From assembly GCA_051313645.2 (NCBI GenBank), contig JBNRSN020000032.1:30256001-30320000 (forward strand): a stretch of 64,000 nt of DNA. Direction: 5' to 3'. Every line of letters starts with the position of its first letter. The stretch's first letter is position 1. The stretch is from Centroscyllium fabricii (lineage: Eukaryota). The notes under the pieces were generated by a model, which did no database searches, was not told the origin of the DNA, and saw only the letters and a program-made list of their open reading frames with translations. The position numbers and the translations under genes were made by a program. Positions 1-12,231 of the stretch are shown piece by piece.

Positions 1-143
1 CGTGCGGTGGCATCATGTGAGCCGGGCTTGAGCCGCACATTGGGCCTCAGGCTCACTGGAGCCGTGCAGCCCGCTCCCTGATCCACAGTAGAATCGAGTG
101 CAAGTTCCACCCGACCCTTGGGCCCAAAATCAACTTCCAAGTA

Positions 144-294
144 CCGGCGAGCGCATGCGCAGAGCATTAAACATTTTGCAGCAGCCATTTTGAATGCTCT
201 GCACATGCACCACCGTGGCTTCAATAATTCAGCGTTTTCAACAATCCGGCAGGGTGCTGGTCCCGACCCTGCCGGATTAACGAACTTCAACTTG
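144..294. mobile_element. Partial TA-flanked Tc1/mariner (pogo/Tigger-like) MITE, right end only
   Basis: Ends ...CCGGATTAACGAACTTCAACTTG|TA, resembling the termini of the MITEs at 6574, 27224, 50273 and 53395. Carries the same GCGCATGCGCA and GCCATTTTG motifs. Confidence 0.55.
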
Positions 295-541
295 TACTGT
301 CTTTCTGGGAGACATTAAAACCAAACAGTGCAATACTCCCTCATTGTGCATTGAAGTGTCAGGCGAGGTTATGTGCTCATGGTTGACAGAAAATTTGATT
401 AAAAAGAAAATAAAACTCACATGTAGCCAAATTGATCGGCAAATATTAAATATTCTGACGAGTCAGTTGTGGCTGGTTTATTAAAATGACTGAATTATCT
501 CTGAAGAAAGTAAGTACAGGACACTGCACCAACACTCAACA

Positions 542-3500
542 TCATAGAGCAGCTTAATACGTGGCTCAAGAGTTGGTGCAGGAGGGAGGGCTTTAGTTTC
601 CTGGATAACTGGCCCTGTTTCTGGGAATCAACGACATAGGCAAAAAGAGGGATGAGGTCCTGCAACAAGAATAGGCAAAAAGAGGGATGAGGTCCTGCAA
701 CAAGAATTCAGGGAGCTAGGCAGAAAATTAAAGTGCAGGACCTCAAAGGTTGTAATCTCTGGATTACTCCCTGTGCCACGATTTAGTGAGTATAGGAATA
801 GAAGGATAGAGCAGCTTAATACGTGGCTCAAGAGTTGGTGCAGGAGGGAGGGCTTTCGTTTCCTGGATAACTGGCCCTGTTTCTGGGAAAGGTGGGACTT
901 GTATTGGGAGGACGGTCTCCACCTTAACCGGAGGGGGACCAATATCCTGGCGGGGAAGTTTGCTAGCATGGTTGGGGAGGGTTTAAACTAACTTGGCAGG
1001 GGGTTGGGATATGGAGTGGAGCAAAAATAGGGGCTGGTGAAAAGGCTAATATAGAGGAAAAAACAAGTAAGGAGGCGGAAAAAAGGGAAACAAGAAAAAA
1101 AGATAAAGACAGAAAGGAGAAAAGCAAAAGTATAAGGCAGGGAGATCAACGGGTAAAAGCAAACAGGACCGCAGGTAATAAAAATGCACAATGGTCGGGT
1201 AAAGTGAAAAAAACAAGCCTGAAAACCTTGTATCTTAATGCAAGAAGCATTCGGAACAAGGTAGATGAATTATCTGTAGAAATAGAGGCAAACAAATATG
1301 ATTTGGTTGCGATTACAGAAACATGGCTGCAGGGTGGACAAGGCTGGGAACTTAACATACCAGGGTATACAATATTTAGGAAGGATAGGCAAAAAAGAAA
1401 GGGAGGTGGGGTGGCATTACTGGTGAGGGAGGGGATTAACTCAATTGAAAGGACTGATATTAACTCGGATGATGCGGAATCTGTATGGGTAGAACTGAGG
1501 AATAGCAAGGGACGAAAAATGTTGCTGGGAGTGGTATATAGACCGCCAAATAGTAATATGGAGGTTGGGGAAGGCATAAAAAGGGAAATTAAAGAAGCGT
1601 GCAATAAGGGCACAGCTGTCATCATGGGTGACTTTAATTTACATATAGATTGGACTAGCCAGATTAGTAACAACACGATGGAGGAGGAATTTCTGGAGTG
1701 TATACGAGATGGTTTCCTGGACCAATATGTCGAGGAACCAACTCGGGATCAGGCCATCTTAGACTGGGTACTGTGCAATGAGAAGGGATTGATTGGCAAT
1801 CTTGTTGTACGAGGCCCATTGGGGCGGAGCGATCATAATATGATCGAATTCTCACTCAGAATGGAGAGGGAAGAAATTGACTCGGAGACTAAGGTCCTAA
1901 ATTTAAGAAAAGGGAACTATGATGGTATGAGACGAAAGTTGGGTACAATTGATTGGGGGGTGTCGCTCAGGGGGCTGACGGTGGATCAACAATGGCAGGC
2001 ATTCAAAGATCGAATGGAAGAAGCGCAGAGCTTGTTTATACCAGTTTGGAATAAAAATAAACCAAAAAAGGTGACTCAACCGTGGATAACAAGGGAAATT
2101 AGGGATAACATAAAAACCAAAGAAAGGGCGTATCAACTGGCCAAAAAAAGCAGCAAACCTGAAGATTGGGAACAATTCAGGATACAGCAAAGGAGGACAA
2201 AGGGATTAATTAAGAAGGGGAAAATAGATTACGAAAGAAGGCTTGCGGCAAACATAAAAACTGACTGCAAAACCTTTTACAGATACATTAAAAGGAAGAG
2301 ACTGGTGAAATCCAGAGTCGGGCCCCTGCAGTCCGAATCAGGAGATTATACAATGGGGAACAAGGAAATGGCGGACCAATTAAATTCATATTTTGGTTCT
2401 GTCTTCACAGAGGAGGACACAAATAGCCTCCCGGAGATGTCGGGAAACATAGGGACTAATGAGAGGGAGGAACTGAAAGAAATCAATATCTCCAAGGATA
2501 TGGTGTCCGGGAAATTGAAAGGGTTAAAGGCCGACAAATCCCCAGGGCCTGATAATCTGCATCCTAGGGTGCTTAAGGAAGTGGCCCTGGAGATATCAGA
2601 TGCTTTGAGGATCATTTTCCAGAACTCAATAGACTCTGGAATGGTGCCCAGGGATTGGAGGGTAGCTAATGTTACCCCACTATTCAAAAAGGGGGGTAGA
2701 GAGAAGGCGGGGAATTATAGACCGGTAAGCCTTACATCGGTTGTGGGCAAAATGCTAGAGTCCATTATTAAGGACGTAATAGCAGATCACTTGACTAAGA
2801 GTGACGGGATCGGACACAGTCAACATGGATTTACAAAAGGTAAATCGTGCTTGACTAATCTATTGGAATTCTTCGAGGATGTAACCGATAAAATAGATAG
2901 GGGAGAGCCAGTAGATGTGGTTTATCTGGACTTCCAGAAAGCCTTTGACAAGGTCCCTCATAGGAGATTGGCAGGCAAAATTAAGGCTCATGGGATTGGG
3001 GGCAAGGTATTGGCATGGATAGAGAACTGGTTGGCAGATAGAAAACAGAGAGTTGGGATAAACGGGTCGTTTTCTGATTGGCAGGCAGTGACTAGTGGGG
3101 TACCACAGGGGTCGGTACTGGGACCCCAGCTGTTCACAATATATATTAATGACCTGGATGAGGGAATTGGATGTAACATCTCCAAATTCGCAGATGACAC
3201 TAAGCTTGGAGGGGGAGTATGCTCTGAGGAGGATGTCGGAAAGCTCCAGAGCGACCTGGACAGATTGGGGGATTGGGCGAACACATGGCAAATGCACTAT
3301 AATGTGGATAAATGTGAGGTTATCCACTTTGGTAGCAAAAACAGAAAGGCAGAGTATTATTTGAACGGCAATAGATTGGGAGATGGGGAAGTGCAAAGAG
3401 ATCTGGGTGTTCTTGTGCACCAGTCACTGAAGGTGAGCATGCAGGTGCAGCAGGCGGTTAAAAAGGCAAATGGTATGTTGGCCTTTATATCAAGAGGGTT

Positions 3501-4119
3501 TGAGTATAGGAATAGGGATGTCTTGCTGCAGCTGTACAGGGTCTTGGTGAGGCCACACCTTGAGTATTGTGTGCAGTTTTGGTCGCCGCATTGGAGGACG
3601 GATGTTCTTGCCATGGAGGGAGTACAGCGACGATTCACCAGGCTGATACCTGGGATGGCAGGAATGACTGATGAGGAGAGATTGTGTAGTCTGGGCTTAT
3701 ACTCGCTGGAGTTTAGAAGATTAAGAGGGGATCTCATCGAGACTTATAAAATTCTGTCAGGCGTGGACAGGTTAGATGCAGAAAGGATGTTTCCGATGGC
3801 CGGGGAGTCGAGAACCAGGGGGCATAGTCTAAGGATAAGGGGTAAGCCTTGTAGGACTGAGATGAGGAGGAAATTCTTCACACAGAGAGTGGTGAACCTG
3901 TGGAATTCCTTGCCACAGAGGGCGGTGGAGGCCGGTTCACTGAATATATTCAAGAGGGAACTAGATATATTTCTTCAGGCTAAAGGGATTAAGGGATATG
4001 GGGAGAAGGCAGGGACTGGGTACTGAACGTGTAAGATCAGCCATGATCTCGTTGAATGGCGGAGCAGGCTCGAAGGGCCGAATGGCCTACTCCTGCTCCT
4101 ATCTTCTATGATTCTATGA
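542..4119 (+). mobile_element. CR1 (HER1-like) LINE, 5'-truncated within ORF1, young
   Basis: 3' part of the ORF1 esterase (DGLHLN), complete ORF2, 3' UTR ending in TTCTATGA repeats. Candidate TSD TCAACA at 536-541 and 4120-4125. Confidence 0.95.
1204..4026 (+). CDS. CR1 ORF2: APE endonuclease + reverse transcriptase (frame open from 967, no ATG before the endonuclease)
   Basis: 940 aa uninterrupted. LNARS, ITETW, YRPP, GDFN, SDH (endonuclease); YLDFQKAFD, VPQGSVLGP, FADD (RT); CR1-type C-terminus. Confidence 0.95.
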   Translation: MKKTSLKTLYLNARSIRNKVDELSVEIEANKYDLVAITETWLQGGQGWELNIPGYTIFRKDRQKRKGGGVALLVREGINSIERTDINSDDAESVWVELRNSKGRKMLLGVVYRPPNSNMEVGEGIKREIKEACNKGTAVIMGDFNLHIDWTSQISNNTMEEEFLECIRDGFLDQYVEEPTRDQAILDWVLCNEKGLIGNLVVRGPLGRSDHNMIEFSLRMEREEIDSETKVLNLRKGNYDGMRRKLGTIDWGVSLRGLTVDQQWQAFKDRMEEAQSLFIPVWNKNKPKKVTQPWITREIRDNIKTKERAYQLAKKSSKPEDWEQFRIQQRRTKGLIKKGKIDYERRLAANIKTDCKTFYRYIKRKRLVKSRVGPLQSESGDYTMGNKEMADQLNSYFGSVFTEEDTNSLPEMSGNIGTNEREELKEINISKDMVSGKLKGLKADKSPGPDNLHPRVLKEVALEISDALRIIFQNSIDSGMVPRDWRVANVTPLFKKGGREKAGNYRPVSLTSVVGKMLESIIKDVIADHLTKSDGIGHSQHGFTKGKSCLTNLLEFFEDVTDKIDRGEPVDVVYLDFQKAFDKVPHRRLAGKIKAHGIGGKVLAWIENWLADRKQRVGINGSFSDWQAVTSGVPQGSVLGPQLFTIYINDLDEGIGCNISKFADDTKLGGGVCSEEDVGKLQSDLDRLGDWANTWQMHYNVDKCEVIHFGSKNRKAEYYLNGNRLGDGEVQRDLGVLVHQSLKVSMQVQQAVKKANGMLAFISRGFEYRNRDVLLQLYRVLVRPHLEYCVQFWSPHWRTDVLAMEGVQRRFTRLIPGMAGMTDEERLCSLGLYSLEFRRLRGDLIETYKILSGVDRLDAERMFPMAGESRTRGHSLRIRGKPCRTEMRRKFFTQRVVNLWNSLPQRAVEAGSLNIFKRELDIFLQAKGIKGYGEKAGTGY

Positions 4120-4120
4120 T

Positions 4121-4245
4121 CAACAAGGCTCCCGACCCGAAACGTTGACTCCCATTTCTCTCTTCACGGATGTTGCCTGAACTGCTGAGTTTTTCCAGCA
4201 TTTTCTGTTGTTATTTCGGATTTCCAGCATCTGCAGTATTTTGTT
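4121..4245 (+). mobile_element. Penelope-like terminal-repeat fragment
   Basis: CCCGAAACGTTGACT...CTGCTGAGTTTTTCCAGCATTTTCTG...CAGCATCTGCAGTATTTTG, shared with the copies at 10619, 58143 and 62191. Confidence 0.55.
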
Positions 4246-5334
4246 ATCCTCGACATTTCCTTACTGAGTTGACAATTTTAAAGTAAATGCAGCTGGGATC
4301 TCAGGGAAATGTAAGAAAAGCACCACCCTTTGTCCTATACATCTCAATTATTTCCAGATTTTCCATTATTTGGTCGTTCAAAAAGTCCATATGCTTTACC
4401 AAGTAAAAAAAAAACTAGTAACTTAATAGTGTCTAGTAGGGTATAGAAAACAATCCACTTGGAGAGAAAAAAAATGATCAAACAAGGCATAAAATCTAAT
4501 TATGCATAGAAAAGTACAGTATTTCAGTATCTGGATACTGCATGCAGTTTATTGTACCGTATTACTTTTCACAATTTCATGGGTTTTAATCTTGTATTAC
4601 AGCTGCTATAAAGTGAGAGAGCTCTGATGAAACAAGTCACATTTGAGTGAGACTATGGCCAGTTATATTTTAATCAACATTGTATCGGTCATATTTTATA
4701 GTGTAGAACATGTTTGTTTGTTGATGAACAGCCACAAGTGTGATTTATGAATGATAATACTGGGGAACAGCAGCCTTTACCTCATCATTCAGGGAGTTGG
4801 TGGCTTTCCATCAATATTATTGATCATCACTTCTTTGCCTACTGAGGTGAAGCAGTATTGTGTTACTATTTGTAGAACTGCAGAACTGTTTTATACATAA
4901 ACTACAGAGAGGAAAATATAATGGATATTTGTTTCACTGCTCAGCTAAGGAAGTCCAACTGAACCAACCCCATATAAAAAAGTGAAATATCTCCTTTTAG
5001 GGAATATGCATTATCCACTTTCCAGAAGCTGTCTGATCATCACTTTTAAGGAACCACAGCACATTTTAAGAGTCTTGCTGCAGCACAATTCTATCCACCT
5101 GGGTGGAAATAATGAGCCTATTGCAAGGATCACTGCAAAACTGGGACTCCCTGCAATCCAACGGTGCAGTGATCTACAAGCTGACTATCTCCTTTGTTAC
5201 AGAAAGTAATCTGGAAGGGGGCAAGATCAGCTAGCATGAGGTGTGCTACACAAAGTCTTATATAATGTCCTCACTGCTCCCCCATGGTTTAAATGTCAAA
5301 CACACTTCCCTATGAAGTACCGAGTCATACAAAC

Positions 5335-5660
5335 CGGGTCGGTCCCAGATCAATCCCGCGTTTGCTGATGTCAGGGGCGCTACAATTAGCCTCAGTGACT
5401 CCTGGGTTAAGGAGGGGGGGGGGGGGGGAAATCAGTCAAGATTCCCAAACCCGATCAAGATCTAGTGACATCTGCTGGAACGTACACCAACGTAGATATC
5501 GGACAAGGATGGGATCAGGCTCAAATGTGATGCCCGCACATTCAAATAGCCTGCCAACACTGGGACTGGGATGACACATGAAGAATGGCTACCTGAGTGA
5601 AGTACCAGTAGTGAATGCCAACTTGAACCAAACCGAGAGACTGCACAAAGGGGCAGCGAG
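5335..5660 (+). mobile_element. Ancient SINE remnant (LF-SINE-like)
   Basis: Resembles the LF-SINE body from memory (ctacaattagcctcagtg...aaatagcctgccaacact). Not verified. Confidence 0.3.
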
Positions 5661-6573
5661 CTTGGTGTTTCAGGCATTTCTCACAGGGCACATCGTCCTA
5701 AAGTCAGCTCAGCGCCAACATTTGTAACCACTTGCTGGGCTCAGATTCAGTAAAGGAGAGTTTCCATAGAATAATAGAATTACAGTACAGGAGGATGTCA
5801 TTCAGCCACCAGTGCCTGTAACAGTGCTGGCGTGCTCTGCTGTATCTCTCCCCCCGCCCTCCACCCAACCCCCAACCCCAATTTCTGCCAGATCATTTTA
5901 TATTCCTCCTTTCCAATATTTATCCTATTCCCGTTTAAATTTTATTTTAGTCTCTACTTAATAGCCCTCAGTTTAAGAACCTCCCTTCTCCCTTGGCTCT
6001 TCCAGTGAGAATCCTGGTTTTCTGTTGGAATGCAGCAATCATTCTGTGCCAGCAACATCCCACAAACTGCAATGACCAGTTAATCTGTTGGGTTTTGATG
6101 GATTGAGGGGGAGAAATGTTGGCCAGGACATCAGGAGAGCTCCCTGCCCTTCGTCATCCTGACCTGGAAGACAGAACTTTGGTTTAAATATCTCAACCAA
6201 AAGGCACCCGTTTGAGCTCCTCCCTCACCCTAATATGGCGAGACAGACCCAAGGCGCCAACAGTTGGAAAAGAGGGTAGGGAAACTATAAACAGCTAGCA
6301 GAGATATGCAGAAAATGACTCAAGTAGCCAGAGATGGGGAAAGGATCAGAAAGAAAATTTTCAGGGAGTCAGTGGAAAAAAAGAGAGGAAGAGAACCTGA
6401 AAGACACAAAATAAAATGTAATGAATTAGCAGCAGCAAAAGAAAGAGAGACGTTCCTGTACTGTGCTTCCCCAGTAGCAAAGTTTCCAAAAGAGACAAAA
6501 ATAAAAAGCAGAGCCAGAGATACTGACTGAAGAGACAATCAAAAGGAAATATAAAAAATGACAGATACAAATA

Positions 6574-7449
6574 CAGGTTGAGCAACGTTTATCCAGTAAC
6601 CGAAAAGTCGGCAACTTCAGTCGTCCGGCATAAATTGCCCCGACTACCCTGCGCATGCGCAAAATGGCCACCGCGATCGATGTTTCGGCGAATGATCTGT
6701 GCATGCGCTGCCGAACGACGAGCGCATGCGCAGATCATTCAAAACAGCCGGTGGATGAACCAGGCCTTCCGTGATGTCAGGGCACGGCGGGAATGTGCGG
6801 ATCCCGAGCGCTGGAGCGTTTTCAGCACTCTCCGAACTCCTATTCAGCTGCCACCTTGCACTTCTTCCGCAGTATTTGATTCTTACCTTGTGTAGAAGTG
6901 AGTGCTTACATTTATTATCAAAGTTGCTTTGAATTGCTTCTTTAGCTTGCTGCAAGCTGTGTTTCTGTACTCTTTTGTTCTTTAGCCATTAACGCATAAA
7001 AAAAGTGGCAGTCCCAGGAAATTCATACTTCCCTGGGCCAACTTTTTTTCAAATTGTCAGCTCAGACTGCAAACGTAAAACAAGCATCAACAGAACTAAG
7101 ATGCAAAGTCTCCTGAAATCTCTGGCAGTCACCCGAGCAGGAAGATGGAGAATATCCTTGCAATAGTGACATGAGAGAAAATGGGTGTTTGACAAGCTGC
7201 AAATGGCATTCAGTGCTCAAAGCCATGGTGAAGCACGCAGTTCCCCGGAGCAGCCTGCAGGCCATCATCAGGAGGCACAAACCACAGCTGAGACTCAGCA
7301 AGGATGTCCGGTGGCCATTTCCAATGTTGTACGCATGCGCGTGGCCATTTTGAATGGTGCGCGCACTGGCCGGCTTCATTCTACCAGTTTTTGCGCGATA
7401 CCGGCCCGGGCCTAGTCCCGCCCATGCCGGTATAACGGTGCTCAACCTG
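6574..7449. mobile_element. Non-autonomous Tc1/mariner (pogo/Tigger-like) element
   Basis: TA|CAGGTTGAGCAACGTTTATCC ... GGTATAACGGTGCTCAACCTG|TA inverted termini with TA duplication. No transposase ORF. Confidence 0.85.
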
Positions 7450-7579
7450 TATTACTGCTCCTAAATACAAAGGGGCAATGTTTCTACGGTGACTGTTCTG
7501 GATAATGGGGCGTAACAATACAATACAAGGAACAGAGACCTAGAATGCCAGCTCTCTGTCCCTTTTACACAAGACACAA

Positions 7580-8680
7580 ATTTTTGTTCCTGGGATGTGG
7601 GAGTCACTGCCAAAGCCAGCATTTATTGCCCATCCCTAATTACCCTCAAGAATGTGGCGGTGAGCCGTCTTCTTAAACTACTGCATGTCCCTGTGGTGAA
7701 GGTACTCCCACAGTCCTATTAGGGAGAGTTTCAGGATTTTGACCCAGCGACGATGAAGGATGGGCGATATATTTCCAAGTCAGGATGGTGTGTGACTTAG
7801 GGTGGCGGTGGTGTTCCCATGCGTCTGCTGCCATTGTCCTTCTAGGTGGTAGAGGTCACGGGTTTAGGAGGTGCTGTTGAAGAAGCCTTGGCGAGTTGCT
7901 GCAGTGCATCTTGTAGATGGTACACACTGCAGCCACAGTGCACTGGTGGTAAGGGGAGTGAATGTTTAAGGTGGTGGACGGGGTGCCAATCAAGCGGTCT
8001 GCTTTGTCCTGGATGGTGTTGAGCTTCTTGAGTGTTGTTGGAGCTGCATTCATCCAGGCAAGTGGAGTGTATTCCATCAGACTCCTTACTTGTGCTTTGT
8101 AGATGGTGGAAAGGCTTTGGGGAGTCAGGAGGCGAGACACACGCTGCAGAATTCCCAGCCTCTGGCCTGCTCTTGTTGCCACAGTATTTATGTGGTTGGC
8201 CCAGTTAAGTTTCTGGTCAATGGTGACCCCCCCAGAATGTTGTTGGTGGGGGAATTCAGCGATGGTAATGCCGCTGAATGTCGAGGGATAGTGGTTGGAC
8301 TCTCACTTGTTAGAGATAGTCATTGCCTGTCACTTGTGTGGCACGATTGTTTTTGCACTTATCAGCCCAAACCTGAATGGCATCCAGGTCTTGCTGCATG
8401 CATACATGACTTTCATTATCTGAGGAGTTACGAATGGAACTGAACACTGCAATCAGCAGCGAACAGTCACAATTCTGACCTTATGATGGAGGGAAGGTCA
8501 TTGATGAAGCAGCTGAAGATGGTTGGGCCTAGGACACTGCCCTGAGGAACTCCTGCAGAGATGTCCTGGGGCTGTGATGATTGACCTCCAACAACCACAA
8601 CCATCTTCCTTTGTGCTAGGCATGATTCCACCAGAGGAGAGTTTTCCCCCTGATTCCCATTTTACTAGTGCTCCTTGATG
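7580..8680 (-). mobile_element. 3' ~1.1 kb of an L2/CR1-group LINE (decayed RT C-terminus)
   Basis: ORF 7856-8182 (IYKAQVRSLMEY...LNTIQDKA.RLIG) is a typical LINE RT C-terminus. 3' end GGGCAATAAATGCTGGC...CCCACATCCC plus an A-rich tail. Confidence 0.8.
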
Positions 8681-8917
8681 CCATCAATAGGTTTCCCCTA
8701 TTTGAGGTGTTTGGAAGAAGGAAGAGGAACATAAAGGGACTCCGGGCAAGTCAAGCTGTAAGGGAGATGCTCTGTGCCACCTGGCAGTACCCACACCTGC
8801 AGACAGAGGTGAGTATACCTTGCTTTGTCAGATAAATATTGCACACTGAAACTGTAACTCTGAAGGTTGATTGCAGGAGCAAAGGCACAGCTATGTCTGA
8901 AGACCAGACTAGCGGTT

Positions 8918-9327
8918 ATAGAAACATAGAAACATAGAAACTAGGAGCAGGAGTAGGCCATTCGGCCCTTCGAGCCTGCTCTGCCATTCAATAAGATCAT
9001 GGCTGATCACCCAAACCCAGTATCCCGCCCCTGCCCTCTCCCCATATCCCTCGATCCCTATCGAGCCTGCATCGACACATATCCCACCCTATCCCCGTAA
9101 CCCCACATATTCAATCCCCCTAACACTAAGGGTTAATTTATCCTGGCCAATCAACCTAACCCGCACATCTTTGAACTGTGGGAGGAAACCGGAGCACCCG
9201 GAGGAAACCCACGCAGACACGGGGAGAATGTGCAAACTCCACACAGATAGTACCCGAGGCTGGATTTGAACCCGGGTCTCCAGTGCTGTGAGACAACAGT
9301 GCTAACCACTGTGCCACCGTGCCGCCC
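8918..9327 (-). mobile_element. tRNA-derived V-SINE (HE1-like) with CR1-derived tail
   Basis: Minus strand: A box TGGCACAGTGG, B box GGTTCAAATCC, V-domain GTGTGGAGTTTGCACATTCTCCCCGTGTCTGCG. The tail matches the 3' end of the local CR1s and ends in (TTTCTATG)n. Confidence 0.9.
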
Positions 9328-10618
9328 TGGATTATTGTTCAGAAGCGTTCCCAATCACATGTCACTGCATGAAAAAGGCATGCCAGCAAAGCTGGATTGG
9401 CACAGCTGCCAAATTGCCACCAAACATATTGGCTGGTACTGTTGCACCCACCTCAACAGCTGTGCAAATTGTTTCTTCACAAAATCTCAAGTCAGCACAG
9501 AGCAAACCACAGGGCATTTGCTGTTATTAATCTGCATTATAGAGCTTGAAAAACCAGTTAAATACCTGTCTGTTGCAGGTTCAAGTTTACCTCCACTGCC
9601 TTCCTGCAATATGGACTTATTGGGATGGTGCTGTGGAGTGGCAGAGGGAAACCCTCTTTGGAACCACGCCAAGCAGCATCACCTCCACTTCAGCAGCAAT
9701 ATAACAGGCGGTTAGATGCTGGGCCGCCCTGTCAGTTGCCTGCAGACTCATGTCTACAAGTAGGGTTGCCTTGTCCTTTACTTTTGTTTATCTTAAATCG
9801 TATACTTCTTCAGCCTGAGCAAAGGTTGCCAATAGGTTGAGTTGCCTTTTGAACATTTTTAAAGGCTTTCAGAAATTTTGTCACCCTATTGTGACACTTT
9901 TTATTTGACCCCTTCCTTTTAAATTTCATTTGCACACAAATTTCCACTTTCGGCCCAAGTCTCCTCCCTACATCTGCCCATTTCTACACTTTGACCTGTG
10001 AATAATAAAGCAAATAATTGACCAATTAGCACCATTTAGACCCGAAAATATACAGGAAATATGGGACGGTGACAGCAGTGCAGTCAGTAGCAAAGTCCCC
10101 CTCCTGATCGCAGATACTGTTATTTTGAACTATGGGTTAACTAAACAAAGACTGGGGTGAGCAGTCCATAGGTTAATGAAGGCGATTGAATTGGTTGAAC
10201 AATGTAAGGGAGCGGTGTGTTACAGACCAGAGACCTAGGATATCAAGGATTGGATTTCCGGGAAGAGAAACTGATGCATCTTCAATCCACATGTTAAACC
10301 ATTTAGCAAACCATGTCCCAGTATCAGTGGAGTTCTAGACTTCTGAGCGGTTGACAAGATAAGCTTGGTTATTAATCAAGACATTCCACTGATAGCTGTA
10401 AGCCATATTGTGATCACAAAACCTTCAACTGAGTTGTACAGACATCACTATTGATACAATCAATTGTGGGAACGCGGTTGTTAGTTTCGCTGATAACCGG
10501 CAGAAGATGTTATCGGACTGTACACGCACTAGGGCAAGGTTTAAACATTAATCAATACACAGGCTTTAATACAAACACCATGTTTAATAATAACAAACAG
10601 AGTAAACATTAATAAATA

Positions 10619-10767
10619 ACAGAAAACGCTGGAGATACTCAGCAGGCCAGGCAGCATCAGTGGAGAGAGAAACAGAGTTAACGTTTCGGGTCGATGACCC
10701 TTCAACAGAACTGGGAGAGAACAGCATTTTCTGTTATTTCGGATTTCCAGCATCCGCAGTATTTTGC
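10619..10767. mobile_element. Short Penelope-derived element with partially inverted terminal repeat
   Basis: Inverted ATAACAGAAAA(C/T)GCTG / CAGCATTTTCTGTTAT arms, degenerate hammerhead on the minus strand, flanking AATAAATA direct repeat. Confidence 0.6.
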
Positions 10768-11607
10768 CATTGAATAAATATTTATACCTGCATATATTAT
10801 AAAGAAAACAAAGTAGGTAATGGATGCAAAGAGTGCACCTCTGAAAAGGAGGCTGCATTCACTGAATTTCAACACTGCTTTCAGTTAGTTGTATTTGTGC
10901 TGCAGTTAGAAGATGCCTGGAAGGTGGGAAAACTCACCCCAGATTTTCAGCTAAGATCCAGAATTCATCCTGCAGGAACGGTTGGTTGCACACCCTGCAA
11001 ACTCCATGGCAGGGTGCACTGTACAATCACATACATGTGTATCTCTATGTTCTTTTGTTGCGCGGTTTGATGTGTGGCACGTGTGTAAATAGCAATAAGC
11101 GGTTTGAATTTTCTGTTCAATTCATGTGACAATAAAATTTTACTTACTTACTTAATTCTGCACATAACCAATCAGATAACCAAAAGGACAATGAAAGCTA
11201 CATTAAGCTTTGCATTTGTCCTTACGGTAAGCTTTTCATTTGAAATAGAGCACCACCACTATTACTGAGAAATTTACAATATACATGCACAGATATTGCA
11301 ATTTTAAGCAGCTAAGCTCTGGGCAAGCCAGGATTGTGAGACAATGGTGCCCCTTTTAGGAAGCTGCACATTTGAATCAAGGTCAGAACCAAACTTTTGG
11401 GTCAGATGTTGCAACTGGAGCTCGAACAAAGCTCTTATTTTCAACTTCCAGAGCAATGGTGCTGCAGATCCTGCCAAGTCTCAAACCTCCCTTTATGTTG
11501 AGGGGCACAGAAAGCGAGCCTGCAGCTACAGGGAGAGGAAATTGAGATTACAATTCGAAAAATAATAAAGTTGAGATAGCGTGGAGTGGGACAGAGTAAA
11601 GGGTGAA

Positions 11608-11998
11608 GAAACATAGAAGATAGGAGCAGGAGTAGGCCATTCGGCCCTTCGAGCCTGCTCCGCCATTCAACGAGATCATGGCTGATCATCCAAACCCAGT
11701 ACCCTACCCCTGCCCTCTCCCCATATCCCTCTCGAGCCTACACCGACACATATCCCACCCTATCCCCGTAACCCCACATATTCAATCCCCCTAACACTAA
11801 GGGTCAATTTATCATGGCCAATCAACCTAACCCGCACATCTTTGGACTGTGGGAGGAAACCGGAGCACCCGGAGGAAACCCACGCAGACACGGGGAGAAT
11901 GTGCAAACTCCACACAGATAGTACCCGAGGCTGGATTTGAACTCGGGTGTCCAGAGCTGTGAGGCAACAGTACTAACTACTATGCCACCGTGCCGCCC
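11608..11998 (-). mobile_element. tRNA-derived V-SINE (HE1-like), second copy
   Basis: Highly similar to 8918-9327 along its length. Confidence 0.9.
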
Positions 11999-12231
11999 TG
12001 GTAGAAAGAGAGGTTGAAAGCTGAACTTTCAAATAAGGAACTTCACAGAACAAACAATTTGGTGCCTTCCTCCAAATGAGCATCATCATACTCTTATTTC
12101 TAAACAGGATTGGGCTGTAACAATAAGGTCGAAGCATCAATCAGTTCCAGTTCTATCACATTGCACACTCTTGTCAAAGCGCAGCACAGATCTCAAGCTA
12201 ATTGCATGGCTAGAATTCCTTCACATGCATT

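Noticed and set aside
9255-9327. tRNA gene (also 11925-11998)
   Set aside because: These are the tRNA-derived heads of SINEs, continuous with the V-domain and CR1 tail.
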